A stretch of 64,000 nucleotides of DNA, taken from Vicugna vicugna (lineage: Eukaryota). The stretch lies in contig MU057640.1 in the NCBI GenBank assembly GCA_013265495.1, positions 1,001,303 through 1,065,302 on the forward strand. The letters run 5' to 3'. This document shows, piece after piece, positions 36,711 to 49,657 of the stretch; position 1 is the stretch's first letter; each line of letters opens with the position of its first letter. The translations under genes were made by a program, and so were the position numbers. The notes beneath the pieces are model-generated. The model was not told the origin of the DNA. It worked only from the letters and a program-made list of their open reading frames with translations, and searched no databases.

Positions 36711-37589
36711 TCAATCGGAAGAAAAAAAAAAAACCTTTCCACAATTTGATTTTCTTTCCTCACTGGGCGCAATATAATTAAACTGGGGTGGGGGGGTAGT
36801 TTTCTTCTATTATTGTTTTTCCCTAAGTTGTTGTAGCTACAGAAATATGTAAGATCCAGGGAACAGAAGAGGGTAGACAGCTTGCTGATTGCTGCTCTTG
36901 GGGAAAAAGAAGACACAATGAAAAACTGTTTTCCTCCTGTGTTGTCAAGAACTTGACTAAAATTATACAAAAGGTGTTTAGCTGTGTGGGTAAGATAGGA
37001 ATTTTTCACCAAAATATTCATTTAAAAATCATTTCAAGTGCTGAGGTTCTTGCTTTTCTTCCTAAGTGGTATTTAAATACAGCACACGCTACATTTGACA
37101 GTCAGAGAGCCACATACTTGCAATTTGGAGACTTTTAAGAGACAGTTCCTGATGAGACAGGATGGCACTGGGCTGGCTGTAATGCAGCTGTGAAGGAGTC
37201 TGGCTCACAGGGAGACAGGTAAGATTTCACAAGGGCTGAGAGAGGGCTATTTCCTACACCTTAAATAACGAAGCTATCGAATTCCTCCTAAGATATCTTG
37301 TACACAGTGTTCAACTCCGAGCAGCAAGTCAAATCTTTGGTTCTTCTTCTGATCTTTACAGCAGTCTTGTAGTCTAGGTTTTTCTGAAAACATTTCCTAT
37401 TTTAAATATTCTGTTCCACTGTCAAATCATGGGCCCTGAGTTTGGGGCTCAGAAAATAATCCAGGGTTTCCCAGTCCTTGTGATTTCAGGAACAAGTGGA
37501 CTTTTAGGGGCAAAAAAATATGATTGAAGGACTGACATTCGGTTGCCAACTTTTAGCCAATAAAGTTATTTAAAAAACAATGAACACAT

Positions 37590-37770
37590 GTCTAAAACTC
37601 CATTGTATCTCTGCCACTGGCTCCTTGTATAACCTTGAGTAAATTATTTAAGCTCTCTAAGCCTCCATGCCTTCATCTATAAAATGAGGAGAGTAATAAA
37701 CATCGCCTCCTTCACTGAAAGTGCTTACTCTGACATCTGACACTGCGTGCTCACAAGGTCAGCCATGACT
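37590..37770 (+). mobile_element. MIR SINE
   Basis: TAACCTTGAGTAAATTATTTAAGCTCTCTAAGCCTC...TTCATCTATAAAATGAGGA. Confidence 0.7.
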
Positions 37771-38268
37771 ACTGTAATGATGGCTGCTGCCAACACTTTC
37801 ATAAAACAGAATGAGTCCAAAGACAAATAATTCTAGCCAGAGCTACAGGGAAGAGAGGAGGCAAGTTCCTCACAAGACCAATGGTGGGGTATCAATACAT
37901 CTGGCTCGACCTTTTCCTAGGGGATCAACAGCTCCTAACGAGAGCAACCCAGAGCGACTAACCAATCAAGTGGAAGGAAGGGTCTCCCAAGAAGGAAGAG
38001 AAAAACCAGTATTTCCCTGGGCAAACCAGCTGTAGCAAGTTGGGGTTCTGATGTTTGGGACACAAATACTATGCTAAGGCTCACATGCTCAAATCAGTGA
38101 GACCACCATCATCTGGCCTCTGCCCCCATCTGCAGCCCTTCTGGTCCATCTCCTGGACCCTTGGTTCAAGCCATACCCCTCCCCTGACTCAGCTATAGCT
38201 ATGTCCCAGGTAAAGCCTCCACTGACTTCGTTCACATATCATAGTGAGGCTCCTACATCTGCTCCTGT

Positions 38269-38986
38269 TGTTACAGGAAAACAGGGCACGAGAAGATGGC
38301 CATGTCCCAGGTCTCAGGCGAGTCCCTGGGGTGCACCCCGCCAAGTGAGGGTCGTCGGCTTTGCTCAGGAAAGAATTCAAGAGTGAGCCACAACTGAGTG
38401 AAAGTAGCTTATTCCGGGAGACACACACTCCACAGACAGAGTGCTAGCTGGCTCAGAAGGCAAGAGAGAAGGAGAGACGCTTAGGAGATGCACATTCCAA
38501 GGCAGAACATGGGCCACCTCGAGAAGGCGAGAGGCATGAGAGGTGGGGGCCTCAGAGCACGGGGTCACCTAGGAAAGTGAGATCAGCTATGAGGTATGGG
38601 TGCTTAGAGTAAAAGCAGACAGACGCTCCACAGACAGAAGAGGGCCCTCTCTGAAAGCAAGAGAGAGCAGCTGCAAGGTGAAGGGCTGTTAGCGTTTTTA
38701 CAGGCTTCACACCTTCACATGCTAACAGGTGGGAGGAATATTCCAACTTCTCTGGGGAAGGGGCTGGGAGTCCCAGGAACTGGGCCATCACCCACTTTGT
38801 GACCTTTTATGGTCAGACTTACAACTGTCCTGACGCCTGTGGAAGTGCCATTTATCAGCTATTGTATTACAATGAGCGTGCAGGGAAGCTCAGGGTCTAC
38901 TGGGAGTTGAATCTTCTGCCATCTTGGTGCTAACTGCTGTGCCATTCTTTTAACAGTAGTGCCCTGCCCTCTTCCCTCCTGTCTCA
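38269..38986 (-). mobile_element. Solo LTR, ERV1 class, 718 bp
   Basis: TG...CA termini; perfect 4-bp TSD CTGT (38265-38268, 38987-38990); GGAAAGAATTCAAGAGTGAGCCA and GCCATCTTGG blocks resemble MER41-like ERV1 LTRs; internal repeat CTCCACAGACAGA occurs twice. Confidence 0.9.
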
Positions 38987-39039
38987 CTGTCATACAGTTA
39001 CCACAGAGCTGTTGTTTAGTGTTTAAATGTATGTCATTT

Positions 39040-39540
39040 TCGTAGTTAAAGTAATCACAAATTTATCATACAATCAGGCATAGTATAACAATTCATCATT
39101 TCATATCCGTAATTCCACATGTAACACAATCATTACAAACACGGAGCTGCACTTCCTGCCCATCTTGTTCCCTCTAAGAGCATTTACATAGTTTTGGTCA
39201 CAGAGTACAATTATTATCATACTTTTAAATTATTTGAGCATTTTTCAAATTACTTCACAGTCTTTAAGACCATCATTTAAATGCCACATAACATTTCACC
39301 AAGGAAATGGTTTTAATTTATGTAAGCACATCTCCACTGAGGGGCACACAGAGCATTCCCTATTTTTGGCTATTATAAATAGAACTAACATGAATAATTT
39401 CCATGCATATGGATTTTTCCATATTTTGAAATTTTTTCCTAAAATTAGATTCCCAGAAGTTGCATTACTGGATCAAAAGAGATGAAAACTGATGGCTTTG
39501 GATATACGTTGTCAGAACATTTTTGATAAGAATATAGATG
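39040..39540 (-). mobile_element. Highly diverged L1 (L1ME-type) fragment
   Basis: TTTTGGCTATTATAAATAGAACTAACATGAATAAT...ATTCCCAGAAGTTGCATTACTGGATCAAAAG. Confidence 0.65.
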
Positions 39541-40694
39541 TTTCTGTGCAGGAGTATCCCTTTTCATCTGTCATTTTCCAAGCAAATCATTCTATCTGCT
39601 CTTAGCATTCACTCTATTCACCCACTGCAGTTTCCTCGCTGCTTATATACCATCTGTAGAAAATCTACTCGGTAGAAGCACAAATTGCCCCGAGACACCC
39701 AGAACATCTCACCTTGGTCCAGGATGCCCTGCAAAAGTTGTGCCTTAGGTGTAACTCAGGGTCCCCTTTTCTCTTCTGGGAATGTTTTCACGGATGGGCT
39801 ATTAATATATGCCTATAACTCAATGGATGGATATATTTTAAGTGAAAACCTATTTGAAGTTCTTGAAAGTCTGATTTGCACTTTGGAGAATATAAAAATT
39901 ATATACTTTTGAAATTCTCATCTATGTTCTAATACCAGTCATGTATAAGAGGTCCCATTTTATTTTAGTTCTACCAATACTAGGAATCATTTTTTCTGTC
40001 TGTATTCTTACATATAACTGACAAAAAATGATTCTCTACCATGTGAAGTTCCAAAGAAGTGATTCTTTTGGTTACATGTCTGCCTGCCTCCAAGAAACGA
40101 AGTCTTCTGAGAGCAGAAACCATCAGATTTTTTCCCTGTAGCATTAGCACTCAATAAAGATCTTGGTGGTGATAAAAGAAGAGAGGCAAAACAGGAGAGT
40201 AAGAAAAGCAGCAGAGGAAGTGGGGATGCCACGGTGGGGGAAGGGGGACCGGGAGCTAAGTCACAAACACAGTAGGGAGTTTGCACTACAGGTAGGTGGC
40301 TTCAGAGAAGAGAATCAAAGACATGATTAGGATTAAAGAGATAACGAAACCTCTCATTCTACAAGTACTTCACTTCTAATTTCTCTTTCATATTCATACA
40401 AAAAAAGAAACTGATTATGGCTTCTAAGGGTCAATGATACTGAATACATTCAACATTAGGGCACCCTCCTCCACCCAAGTTGAACTTTATTCAGAGCCAA
40501 ATGCTTAACAACAACAAAAACCAGATCCAACTTTAGCTTAGTCTTCAATGCTATGTCCTACTTAGGTCATGAATCAGCACCGTGGATAAATCATAGACAC
40601 AACACCCCTGTGACCTAGGTGTGTGTCTGAGCACGTTTAAATGCCCACAATACCGCCATTTAAATAAATGTATATTGTCCTGGAAGTAAATCTC

Positions 40695-40781
40695 CTTTTT
40701 CTTAATAGAGGCACTGGAGATTGAACATAGGACCTTGTGCATACTAAGCATGCACTCTACCACTGAGCTATATACCCTCTC
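40695..40781 (-). mobile_element. tRNA-derived SINE (Vic-1-like)
   Basis: Minus strand reads GAGAGGGTATATAGCTCAGTGGTAGAGTGCATGCTTAGTATGCACAAGGTCCTATGTTCAATCTCCAGTGCCTCTATTAAG; homologous to 21125-21233. Confidence 0.92.
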
Positions 40782-40814
40782 TGAAATCTTAAATATGTGT
40801 ACCTCTCCACCCAT

Positions 40815-40992
40815 GCCTGAGTTCAAGGCATTGGCTAGGCCACTTCCTGGCTCTGTGACCTGATGCTTTAGTGATCAGTTTCTCATCTAGAAAATGGGGA
40901 CAATAAAAGCTCCTATCTCACAGGGTTGTTGGGAGATTAATACGTGCTTAGAATTGTAACGAGCATAGTAAGTGCTCAATAAAAGGATGCTA
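40815..40992 (+). mobile_element. MIR SINE
   Basis: CAGTTTCTCATCTAGAAAATGGGGACAATAAAAGCTCCTATCTCACAGGGTTGTTGGGAGATTAA...GTAAGTGCTCAATAAA. Confidence 0.85.
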
Positions 40993-41359
40993 TTAGGACC
41001 ACTGTTAAATAAGCCAGCTGATGGAAATATCCCGCAGCTGTAAGGAATGCACAGAGGTCTTCATACCCTTTTAAATGTGTGAAATAAATAAGAAGAAAGT
41101 CCACGTATAAGTGGTTCATACATCAGGTTTCCTTCTGGCAGAAGCCCCGTGTGTACTGGGGCTTTTTGCACTTAGCCGCGTGATAGCACAAATCACAGGC
41201 GTCTTCTAGAACGATTTACCCAAGGACCAGGCAGGTGACACAAAGGGAAGAAGAGACTGTGGGGTATCATTTTATAGAAGAAAGAAAGGGGACTCATCTG
41301 CCTGAAGGGAACAGTCACTGCCTAGTTAGAAGCAGTTACTGCTAATTGGGAACCAAGGT

Positions 41360-41540
41360 CCAATTGTGCCAAATCTTCCAAATTTTCAAGAGAAACTAGA
41401 ACTATGGATTCTTAAGTCCAGTCTCCTGATTGTTAACTGTTGGAAATTCTTTCAATTGTTTTTAAATATCCTGTGCAGTCTGATTGAAAGACACCTGGGA
41501 GACAGATTTCGCTGAACACACTGGTAGTTTGTGCTCTTTG
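41360..41540. mobile_element. Old hAT-Charlie MITE (MER103-like)
   Basis: GCCAAATCTTCCAAATTTTCAAGAGAAACTAGAACTATGGATT resembles the recalled MER103C core. Confidence 0.5.
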
Positions 41541-42139
41541 AACTTGGAGAAAAACAATGTGCCTAGACGGATGTCCCCCAGCTGTATCTTCTGAGGAACC
41601 AATTCCCACTAATCAGTGTGAAGGTGAGAAGTGTTAGTGCTCAGCCAATACCCATGCACAGCATGGGCCCCAGGCAGGATCCACCCTACTGAGCCTTTAG
41701 GGGACAGGCAAAAAGTGAGGACAGAAGGTTACATCTTAGCCAAGAGCCCAGACACGTGCAAGTGGATGACTGCAAACGTTAGGTTATCTATAACCGCACA
41801 GTTGGGTGGTGCCCGTTCAAGGCACCACAGGGATTTAGGAGAAGGGGAAACTGGCGCTCAGGGGGCCTGTGGTCCAAGAAGATCATGACGGGGCTGGCCT
41901 CCTGAATGAGACCACGAGGATGGGGGAGTCTGGAAGATACAGGAGTATGATCGAGTAACAGAGACCAAATGAGCAACAGCACAACTGTCTCGGGTTATCA
42001 TAACATCTCTCCCCAGTCCTTGACATTGGAAAAGTTTGCGTGTCGGGTTTGTTGTTTTCAGCGTCTGTTTGTTTTGTTTTGGTCAGAGCAAGATAGAAGC
42101 CATCTAGCACAATGGCTGCCAATCTTCATACAAATGACC

Positions 42140-42480
42140 TATGTACTGATGTAGCTGACTGTGTATTCTACTTTCAAACTGTTCCTGAGCCCCTGAACAC
42201 GACACTTTCTTGGCTGATGGCATTAAGCTAAGAGGTAGTCCATGCCCATAAGAAGCCACAATCCAGTGAGGGAGATGCCTATGGAAAAATAAGGCAATGC
42301 GGGGATGATAACTGGGGAACACCCTGTCCGGGCAGCTGAGGTGGCTTCATGCAGAAGCCACCAGCTGGGCTGCATCTAGGGGTGAGTGGGAGTCTGCCCG
42401 GCAAAGAAGGGGGAGGAAGGGTGTTCCAGGTAGCAGCAGCGACACAGGCAAGGCGTAGAATGGTGAAAGCTAGTAGTTTA
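42140..42480 (-). mobile_element. L2 LINE fragment
   Basis: GGAAGGGTGTTCCAGGTAGCAGCAGCGACACAGGCAAGGC is an L2 antisense motif. Confidence 0.55.
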
Positions 42481-43394
42481 TAGCAGCAAAGATACCCGCC
42501 CTCTTTTCCACCTCTTCATTCTTGGTCTGTTTGTTAATTATGGTCTTCCTGTGTCTCAGCAAGACAGGAATCTCTGGAAATCCCTAAAGATTCTTAAAAC
42601 TTGCTCTGCTTTTGCCATTCATTCACACGAAAAGGCAGCAAAGATGAAAAAAAAAAACACCAAAGGCCAACATAGAATGATTTAAAGTGCCTCTGTTACA
42701 TGCGAATGTATTTAACTGTGTCATTACAGTCTTGGCATAAAGAAAGATAATGCTCTTAATAAAATCAATTTTGATCTCATTTATTTTGGATTAGAATGTT
42801 CCCTGCTTGGCCTCTAACACAAGAGGAAACATTCACCGATAAGGAATAGAAATTGCACATCGAAATAAAGCTCAGGGTTAGTTTTGATTTGAGCTTGGGG
42901 GTATCAAATGTTTTGTGTTTCCACTGCAACTTTGAGTATTAAAAGACTTTTTTTTTTAAGTTGATGCTTGCTTCTTTTTCCTCTCAAAGGGAAAAATTTA
43001 AAGACATAAAGCTAAAGATTTTAACTCTACTCACCATTACCACTGTCATGTTCCAAAATAGCAAGAGAAGGATACTCTGCGGTACCAGGGTGGCAAATCT
43101 TAGCATCCTGGCTCCATTACTTGCTACACGCAGTAGTATCCTCACCCTTTTCTTCTGTCTTCTGATTGGCTTCTGATGGCTCTTTCAATCTCCAAAAGGA
43201 GGAAAGGAAGGAGATGGTGGTAGTTTGTCTCCAAAGATGGTCCCCAGTGTGCCTCCCACCCCCTACACTTTGTCTAGGCAGTTCTTCATATCCAGTGGAA
43301 GGTAGATCATGCATAACTTCCAAGGGTAGAAGCCTTGCAGAATCTGCCTTGATCTTTTAGCATCTTCAGCTTCAGAATCCAGCCACCAAACTGT

Positions 43395-43615
43395 GAGAGG
43401 CCTGTACCACATGGAGAGGCCATGTGCCGGAGCCCTGGCTGGAATCAGCCTCCAGCCATGTGATGAGCCATCCTGGACGTCCAGCTTAGCCCAAGTTTTC
43501 AGGTGATTCCAGCCAGCCCCAGCTGCCATTTGAGAGCCCTGCAGCGAGAACCACCCAGCTGAGCCCAACAACCCACAAAACTGTGCTTATTACACAGCAA
43601 GACATAAGCCAAAGA
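43395..43615 (+). mobile_element. MLT1-type LTR fragment
   Basis: CACATGGAGAGGCCATGTG...CAGCCATGTGATGAGCCATCCTGGACGTCCAGC...AGCGAGAACCACCCAGCTGAGCCCA. Confidence 0.8.
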
Positions 43616-44142
43616 CACACGTCAAGGGAAGAAAAGGAAAGCCTGAAATTTAAAAAAAAAAAAAATGTTTTTTTTCTTTTAATCTGTGGCAACATGGTAA
43701 ATTAGATTGAAAGTTGTGGCCCAATTTAGTTTTTCTTAATTGAATGTAGTTATTAATCATCTCTTGCTCCCTTTCCCTAGTGGTCCCCTGAAGATAATCA
43801 AGGCAGAAAAGTAGGCATTTTTCCCAAAATATATACAGAATTCACAAGCTCTATTTCATGTCTGTGTATCTGTCGTAATTATCTTCAAGGTCAGCTTTTA
43901 GCTGGGAAAAATAAAAGCAAAATCTTCTGAAACAAAGCAAGATTAGCTTGAGTCCACCAGCATCCTTTACGCAATTAATTCAACAACCAAATACATTGAT
44001 TTGGCAGCGCACCAACATTTTCTATCTTTCCATTTTAACTATGGAATTAGCATGACATAAAAATGTTGGTTTTCCATTTTCATGGTGATGGCACTCCTCT
44101 TTGTAGTTGATGCTTAACAGCAAAACTCTCATGTTCAGTATA

Positions 44143-44655
44143 TGTGAGGCTGATGATCGGCAGTAGCTGCCCAGTCATTATCCATTCCCTGTGTGTTCCT
44201 TGTCAATGTCTTCCACTTCGTTTGAAACTTTAATGTCTCAGCTAAATATCCAACTTTCTGAACTTTCCTTGAAAGTAGAGCACTCATGTGACTCACTGCC
44301 ATTTAGGCAAGTCCGCTGGGGAGTTATAAAGAAACTTTTGTTATCTTGACAAAGGGGGAGAGTGATGACCAGCATTACCACTTTACATGTCCCTCCTAGA
44401 ATTGTGGACATGATTCCTACAGTTGCAGGGGCAGCCATTTTGCAGTCATGAGGCAATAAGCATAAGGATGCATGCTAAAATATAAGGAAGAGCGAACTGA
44501 AAGGACAAAAGGATCTGAATATCAGAACTGTCAAGCTGCTGAATGAAGCCTGGAAATTGCCTTTCTCTTCCAGATTTGTCACGTGAGAAAAATAAACCCT
44601 CCTTGTTAAAACCACTACTGATTCAGTTTTCCATTACCTGCAGCCACATGAAATT
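44143..44655 (+). mobile_element. MLT1J/K-type LTR
   Basis: GCAGCCATTTTGCAGTCATGAGG...AAAATAAACCCTCCTTGTTAAAACCACT...TTACCTGCAGCC. Confidence 0.75.
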
Positions 44656-44660
44656 CTTCT

Positions 44661-44977
44661 TTTTTTAACTGAAGTATATTTGATTTACAGTGCTGTATTA
44701 GTTTCTGGTGCACAGCAAAGTGGTTCAGTTACATGTACATATATATTGTTTTTCATACTTGTTTTCATTATAGGTTATTACAAGCTAGTGAATATAGTTC
44801 CCTATGCTTTACAGTAGGACCTTGTTGTTTATGTATAGTAGTTTGTATCTGCTAATCCCAAAGTCCTCATTTATCTCTCCCCACCCTTTCCCCTTTGGTA
44901 ACCATAAGTTTGTTCTCCGGGAGTCTGTTTCTGTTTTGTAAATAAATTCGTTTGTATCATTTTTTAGATTCCACGCA
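44661..44977 (-). mobile_element. L1 3' end, cetartiodactyl-type
   Basis: Reverse complement of the L1 3' UTR at 5710-6050; flanked by TTCTTCT on both sides (possible TSD). Confidence 0.92.
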
Positions 44978-46244
44978 TTTCTTCTTGATAGTGTGGGGTT
45001 ATTCATGAAAACCTAGTCAGCCCTTGTAAGACTAAGTTCAGTCATAGCTGCTCAAATGTCATTTTTCTTCATACTATACTATGCTCCACATGGTTGATGA
45101 TGAGGAACATTTTTGCCCATTTCAACCACTCATTTAGATAAGTGACATATTCACACTGAGAACTTGTTCTTTAAATAGCATTCCATCACAAAGTGCCAAC
45201 TACTCAGACTGACAATCAAAAACAAAAAAAATCTGATAAAAGAGCATGCGACTTTGCAAAGCACAGCGGTGGAGAGAAGCAGCACAGCGGTTTGTGGGAG
45301 GCCTTCTTCCCTTGCTTGGGGTGTCATAGCCCTAAGACTCCTGCCTTCGGGATACCCTTGCGGCAACAACGGCTGTGGTTATCCAACATCTCAGCTTTGC
45401 TTTACATTGAATCACCCACAAAACCTTGTCTCTCTACTCCTCCGTGGTTATCAGAATCCCATAATTAAGGCGTAATGAAAGTAAACAGTGTCACAGAAAA
45501 CTAGATGTCTTTGCAAGGAGAGCAGTTAAGACAAGACAAACGTTCCTAAAGATAGCAGGAGAGCCAAGTGGAATTGCTAAGGAGTTCTGTTTGTGTGTGT
45601 GGTGGTGGTGATTAAAAAGAAGAATCATCATCTAAGTGAAGTATTTAGGGAACAAACTGCCTCTTGATGGATAATAAATTAATTTGGAGAATTCATATTG
45701 AAATCAAGCAAGCATGCCAGTCCTGTAAGACCCCTGCACAAACACCACAAAGCCCCCCAAAAGGAAGGCTGTTTGTCACTGAAAAGCTAAAAATGGGGAT
45801 AATCAATGTCGTATCTTCCCTCTAAGACCTATACCTTACTACTTCCAAAATGCTCTGGTCTGCAAAGCGAGGCATATAACAATAAAAGAAAACCCTTTAT
45901 TAAAGAAACCAAAATGCAAACATACTAAAAGTAGCGAGGATGTGCCAGGCACTGCAGCTGGGCATTACATTTAGATGTGAGATTCCTGGTAGCTACGGCA
46001 AAAATAGAAACACTTTGCTTTACATTGTGCTTCTATTGTTAAGACAAAATGAAGCACATAACTTCAGTAAGAGAGTAGCATTTTCTTTATAGGGAATTCT
46101 TAAGGTAAATTACAATAACAAGATAAATATTAAGGTTCACCATCTCTCAATAACCCTTATTTTTTTTCCATGGCACACGATACTATTATTCTCTATATTT
46201 TTTACAATATATCTATATAGTTTGTACTTATCATTAATTAATTC

Positions 46245-46386
46245 TTAATTTGTTTGTCTTGCCAAATAAACTATAAACCCCATGAGGAGGGAAGGATTAT
46301 CTCTGATCTGTTTAGCTCCAGAGCCTAGTTCAGTTTCTGACCCATTTCAGGGGTTCAATCCATATTTATTGAACGAATGAATAAAC
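46245..46386 (+). mobile_element. L2 3' terminus
   Basis: CTATAAACCCCATGAGG...TCCAGAGCCTAG...TTCAATCCATATTTATTGAACGAATGAATAAA. Confidence 0.7.
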
Positions 46387-46909
46387 ACTTTTGTCAAAGG
46401 TAAAACCTGACACCCAGAAATCCTCCTCCCCAAACGCCAAGGCAGAATGTATACACATGTGCAGAAGGTGATTCATGATGCATGTCTGCTCAGCACTATT
46501 TGCAATGACCAAGGCAACAACAAAAAGAGAAAAAAATCTAAATGTCCACCAACAAAAGAGTGGATTCACATAAAAGAATCTGACTGTGAAATTAAATAAA
46601 TTGAAGCAACACAGGTCAAAAAATGTTATGTAAAAAAAAATCAAACCACAGAACAAGGCTTGCGGATTAACATTCATGTTGTTTTCAAATATTCCAAACA
46701 ACACTATATTGTTGTTTCAAAGCATGCATGGGAAAAGCCACCAAATTTAAGATCTCAGCCGTCTTTGGAGAGGGAAGGAGAATGGGGTAGAGCAGGGAAC
46801 ACAATCATATCCACAATGTTCTGCTTCTGGGGCGAATGGTGGTTACACTGGCTCTATGTATGTATATGGGAACACACATAGTTCTTGGATGCCTGGAGTA
46901 TTTCATATC

Positions 46910-47235
46910 AAAAAACAAGGAAAGTCTGAGAAACTGTCATACACAAGAGGGGCCCAAGGAGACATGGAGAGATGATAACTAAGGGTACTAGGATCATCTG
47001 GATAAGATCCCGGAATAGAAAAGAGACATTAGGTAAAAACAAGGAAACTATGCAAAAAGGATGGACTGTAGCTGATAATAATCCATCAACATTGGTTAAT
47101 GGTAACAAGTGTACTATTCTAGTGTAAGATGTTAACAACAGGGAAAACTGGATGCAGGTATGTGGGAACTCTCTAAACCATCTTCATAATTTTCCGGTCA
47201 GTCTAAAACTGTCGTAAAATAATGTCTATTTTAAA
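46910..47235 (+). mobile_element. L1MC-type 3' end
   Basis: AAAACAAGGAAAGTCTGAGAAACTGTCA...AAAGAGACATTAGGTAAAAAC...TAAGATGTTAACAACAGGGAAAACTGG...TCTAAAACTG. Confidence 0.85.
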
Positions 47236-48015
47236 AGAGGGAAACAACAGAGAAACATTCTGCAAGTGGACCTTTCTTACAGCAATCCTTCGAAAATGCT
47301 GTAGCAAACCGCTAAGCTTAATAAGGGCCTTCCTACAGGAAGCTAAGATAATATGGTCCAAGTGTGTTGGTTTTCGATGAGCTGACCTACGGAAAAGAAC
47401 TTAGAGGACAGTAAAGTTAATACAGCCCTTAGATTGTGTATTTCCCTCAAATATCAGTTGTCTCAAGTTTGCCTTTTGGAGAGTTGGATAGCAGTCAGGT
47501 ATGTCATAGCCATGGATGGAGTGAGTACCTCCCAAAACAGGGGCCCGGGGCAAGGTGCTCATTACCTGGCCTGGCTTCTCTCCTCTCCCTAAAGCTTCTC
47601 TGCCCTGCTTGCTTCAGCCACTGCCACTGTTAAGTGCAGCCAAACGATTTACATCCTCTTTAAAGTAAAATAGGATTTAAAAAAAGAAAAGAAAAGAAAA
47701 AAAGATTCCATGGCAGATACAGATATATCACATGGATTCTAGTATATTTAAAAGCCATCGTGTTCTCAAAGTCAACCTCAAGTGAGATGCAAAGTGGCAG
47801 AAATGTAGGAGCAGAGAGAAGCTTGGCACCCTGCCCTGCAGCCTCCTTTAAGGACGAGTTAAGCAGGGTCCGGGGGAAGTACAGTCATCTGGCGAGGTCC
47901 CTTCAGTCCACAATACTCCAGCACAAGCTAAGAGCACATAGTGACCAGCATCCTCGGAGGGAGGGAATCACGTAAGCCTCACTGCTTCAGCAAAGGGTGC
48001 CAGCGAGGGGGGTGG

Positions 48016-48341
48016 CCAATATGACAGGGGGAGGGGCCCAAGGGCTCTGCGTGGGAGCAGGCAGGGAGAGAAGGCCAGAAGTCTGAGAGATGGTGAGAGC
48101 CAAACGGGTCTTGGGGAAGTGACCAGTGGGAAGTCCCCTCCTCGCCCTTTAATAGGCTGGGGGCCCTATTAAAACAGGTATTGGCGTTCCTGCCCTACTG
48201 CATATAAACACGTGTGCCACCCCCTCCTCTGGCTTGAGGGAGGTCCCTGACACTCACAGATGCTCAGAGGAGGGGTCTGCCTATTTGCTGGAAGTCACTG
48301 AAGCAGGGCTTCTGTGCCCCAGTGACTAAGAGAAGGTAAGG
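48016..48341 (+). promoter_or_regulatory. Promoter-like block with a candidate first exon
   Basis: CCAAT 48016, GGGAAGTCCC 48128-48137, ATTGG 48180, TATAAA 48203-48208, CACGTG 48209-48214, donor AAG|GTAAGG at 48335/48336. Motifs only; no expression evidence. Confidence 0.35.
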
Positions 48342-49397
48342 CCCCTGGGAATGAGAGATACCGGGCAGGAGGAAGACTTTCCTGGTGTGAGGCAATGGAG
48401 GCATGAGGCAATCCAACACAGGTTTCAAGGGCACTGGTGAAAGACATCAGCAAGGCCAAGCTGAGACTGGCTAACGCTCTCTTCCACCAAGTACGTTAGC
48501 CTGAAGGTCTCCAAAAAGAGAATTTTTTGGAAACTCTCCTACCTCCCCTTTTACCTTCTCCAAGAAGACCTCCCTTTTCACTGGTCTATGCATGAGTTTG
48601 ACCATTTGAAGGAGAGCTGCCTATTAAAAAAACAATTAATTTTGCCAACAAGGACCCATCATATAAAGGAACTATGAAGAAACTATAAGAAATATAAAGG
48701 GGTTCGGGTTTTATCACTAGCCACTATTGAAGCCTTATTGAAATTTTTTGGGAGGGTGCGGAGCGACAAAACAAAGGACCCAAGACAGAACCTAGAAGAA
48801 GCTACGGGAGGAAGAGCCTGTGACTGAGAGAAACTACCAGATCTTTGGGTGAAGAGTCAAGCAACACTGGTATCAGCCTCACTGAGGAAGGGAGGCTGGT
48901 TCTATGAGGGAATCCTCAACAGTGTCCAAGGTCAAAAAGAACTTGAGCAAGATGAAGTCTGAAAAGTAAGTGTCTGTTGGATTTTGCTGATAGGAGGTCA
49001 TTGATGGTCTTGCCGAAGCAGTGTTTGCTGGACAAGGATAGTTGTACAAGTTGTTGACTGAAAAAGGACACCCACCTGCATCGTGCTCATGAAATGATCC
49101 CCTCAGAGGAAGTGATGCATTTTCCCTAATTGGGGCACAGGAACCAAATGCGCTTTGAAGAAACTGGTGGTTTCAGTGGAGTGGAAATGACAAAGGCCTG
49201 TCTCAGGGAATTGAAGGCTAACTAGGAAGAGAAACAGAGGGAACATTCTAGGCTCGAAGCTCAGTCTTCCTATCGGGCAACTTTAAACTGACAAAAAGAA
49301 GGACTTTCACTGTGGAGAGGAGAGCTGAATCGGGGACAAGGCCTGGAAGGACAAATGCAAAGATTGTTTACTATGTCTGAGAGTCTGGTTCTGTGAA

Positions 49398-49657
49398 AAG
49401 GGGTGGGAAGGGGTAAGTTGGGAGTTCAAGATTTGTGAACATTAACTAGTATATATAAAATAAACAAGTTTCTACTGTATAGCACTAGGAACTATATTCA
49501 ATATCTTACAGTAACCTATTACGAAAAAGAATATGAAAATGAATATATGTACGTACATGTATGACTGAAACAGTATGCTGTACACCAGAAATAACCGACA
49601 CATTGTAAACTGACTATCCTTCAATCAAAAAATAAAATATAAAACCTTTAAAAAAAG
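49398..49657 (+). mobile_element. L1 3' end, cetartiodactyl-type
   Basis: TTGGGAGTTCAAGATTTG...CTACTGTATAGCAC...GCTGTACACCAGAAA...TTCAATCAAAAAATAAAA. Confidence 0.92.

Noticed and set aside
45096..45159. Box C (ATGATGA) ... box D (CTGA) spacing suggestive of a C/D snoRNA
   Set aside because: Only a ~3-bp terminal stem, no clear C'/D' boxes, no recognisable rRNA/snRNA guide, and opposite to the inferred host strand.
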